Source: a virus
IMG/VR virus record: IMGVR_UViG_2937098957_000001
Location: 1-42,318 of that record
Strand: one strand, 5' to 3'
DNA length: 42,318 nt
The notes below the pieces were generated by a model, which was not told where the DNA came from, made no database searches, and saw only the letters and a list, made by a program, of their open reading frames with translations. The position numbers and the translations under genes are program-made. Positions 41,879 through 42,318 of the stretch are shown piece after piece (position 1 is the stretch's first letter; the number at the start of each line of letters is the position of its first letter).

Positions 41879-42159
41879 CCCCGCTCGTCCGAATACCCAT
41901 CCTTCCCAGGCAGCGGCGAGAACATATAGATCAAATCATTGCAGCCCAGCCCGCAGCTCTCCCACTTGCTCGGCCGTACCCATCGCGGGCACGTCTGGCC
42001 GATCAGATCGATGAAGTCCCGTATCGGCATATCGGCGCCGTGCTTCTCTATCAGCCGGGCAACGTTGTACCGCCCCTTGCGGCCGCATGCCGAGCAGTTC
42101 AGCACCATGTGCGGGAGAGTGAAGTCGGCGAGGGTTTTCAGCGGCTCGTGCGTGGGCAT
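41875..42159 (-). CDS. Cys-rich hypothetical protein adjacent to the right repeat
   Basis: 94-aa ORF. NCSACGRKG ... QTCPRW ... CGLGC. Convergent with the lysis genes. Confidence 0.55.
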   Translation of the reverse strand: MPTHEPLKTLADFTLPHMVLNCSACGRKGRYNVARLIEKHGADMPIRDFIDLIGQTCPRWVRPSKWESCGLGCNDLIYMFSPLPGKDGYSDERG

Positions 42160-42219
42160 TTTCGTTTTACACTTGAGGTTCGGCGCATCTGATTCTATTG
42201 AGCATTTCTCGGCCTCATT

Positions 42220-42318
42220 TTACAGGCGAGATTACGCCAGTCGCTTGTTTTTGCTTTAGATCATCTGAGACTCTTAATCAGCGGGTCCACGGTTCGAGCC
42301 CGTGATCACCCACCAAAA
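42220..42318. repeat. Terminal direct repeat copy 2
   Basis: Identical to 1-99. Confidence 0.95.
42265..42315 (+). tRNA. Partial tRNA: second copy of the tRNA-Lys(CTT)-like 3' fragment
   Basis: Identical to 46-96. The upstream sequence is phage DNA, not a tRNA 5' half. Confidence 0.6.

Larger units (their letters stand above)
1..42318. mobile_element. Complete temperate phage genome / prophage, podovirus-like; unit length 42,219 bp between repeat copies
   Basis: Integrase, CI/Cro-type switch, recombination, replication, packaging, head, tail-fibre and lysis modules are all present. The element is bounded by an exact 99-bp direct repeat. No tape-measure or tail-tube gene is seen. Confidence 0.9.

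Noticed and set aside
1-42318. CRISPR arrays, rRNA genes, IS elements/transposases, toxin-antitoxin pairs and known multi-gene defence systems
   Set aside because: I saw no spaced short repeat arrays, no rRNA-like sequence, no DDE/transposase-like translations, and no recognisable ATPase/nuclease/TIR/SIR2/reverse-transcriptase signatures in any long ORF.

Overview
The window is one complete temperate phage genome or prophage with a unit length of 42,219 bp. It is high-GC, and an alphaproteobacterial (Rhizobiales-like) host is my inference only. An exact 99-bp direct repeat bounds it (1-99 = 42220-42318). The repeat carries only the 3' half of a tRNA-Lys(CTT)-like gene, from the anticodon loop to CCA, and neither copy has a tRNA 5' half.

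Gene layout, left to right:
- 181-8990, minus strand: HNH endonuclease, tyrosine integrase, then a long early-left operon that is mostly ATGA/TGATG-coupled. It includes a second HNH, a NinB-like protein, SSB, a Rad52-like annealase and a third HNH-AP2 endonuclease.
- 9054-9695: about 640 bp of non-coding, structure-rich sequence.
- 9729-10618: a small Tat-signal ORF and the divergent XRE-type repressor / Cro-like switch, with two GTTG-N9-CAAC sites between them.
- 10953-16576, plus strand: early-right operon with DUF551-like proteins, RusA, a paralogous gene pair, a protein carrying only DnaA domain IV, and two internal near-perfect DNA duplications.
- 16744-35755, plus strand: an intrinsic terminator, then the late genes. 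These are terS, terL, portal, scaffold, major capsid, decoration protein, a GNAT, ejection-type proteins (one with a peptidase-S74 chaperone domain, one with an SLT domain), a tail-collar fibre and a beta-helix tailspike. There is no tape-measure or tail-tube gene, so the virion looks podovirus-like.
- 35752-38395, minus strand: accessory cargo, a 769-aa GT2 + KpsC/KpsS-like + TPR glycosyltransferase fusion with a small membrane protein.
- 38550-39943, plus strand: an HTH + metallophosphoesterase fusion and a 54-aa ORF.
- 39967-41878: lysis cassette with a GH19 endolysin that has a C-terminal TM segment, a holin-like protein, and overlapping i-/o-spanins.

The most interesting candidates are:
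- the glycosyltransferase fusion next to the tailspike, a possible surface-polysaccharide conversion or exclusion module;
- the divergently transcribed HTH-metallophosphoesterase;
- three genes antisense to their neighbours (2416-2628, 10621-10872, 32390-32644);
- the structured non-coding region;
- the mosaic duplications.

I saw no CRISPR array, rRNA, intact tRNA or transposase. All product calls come from motif-level reading of the translations. No database search was run.
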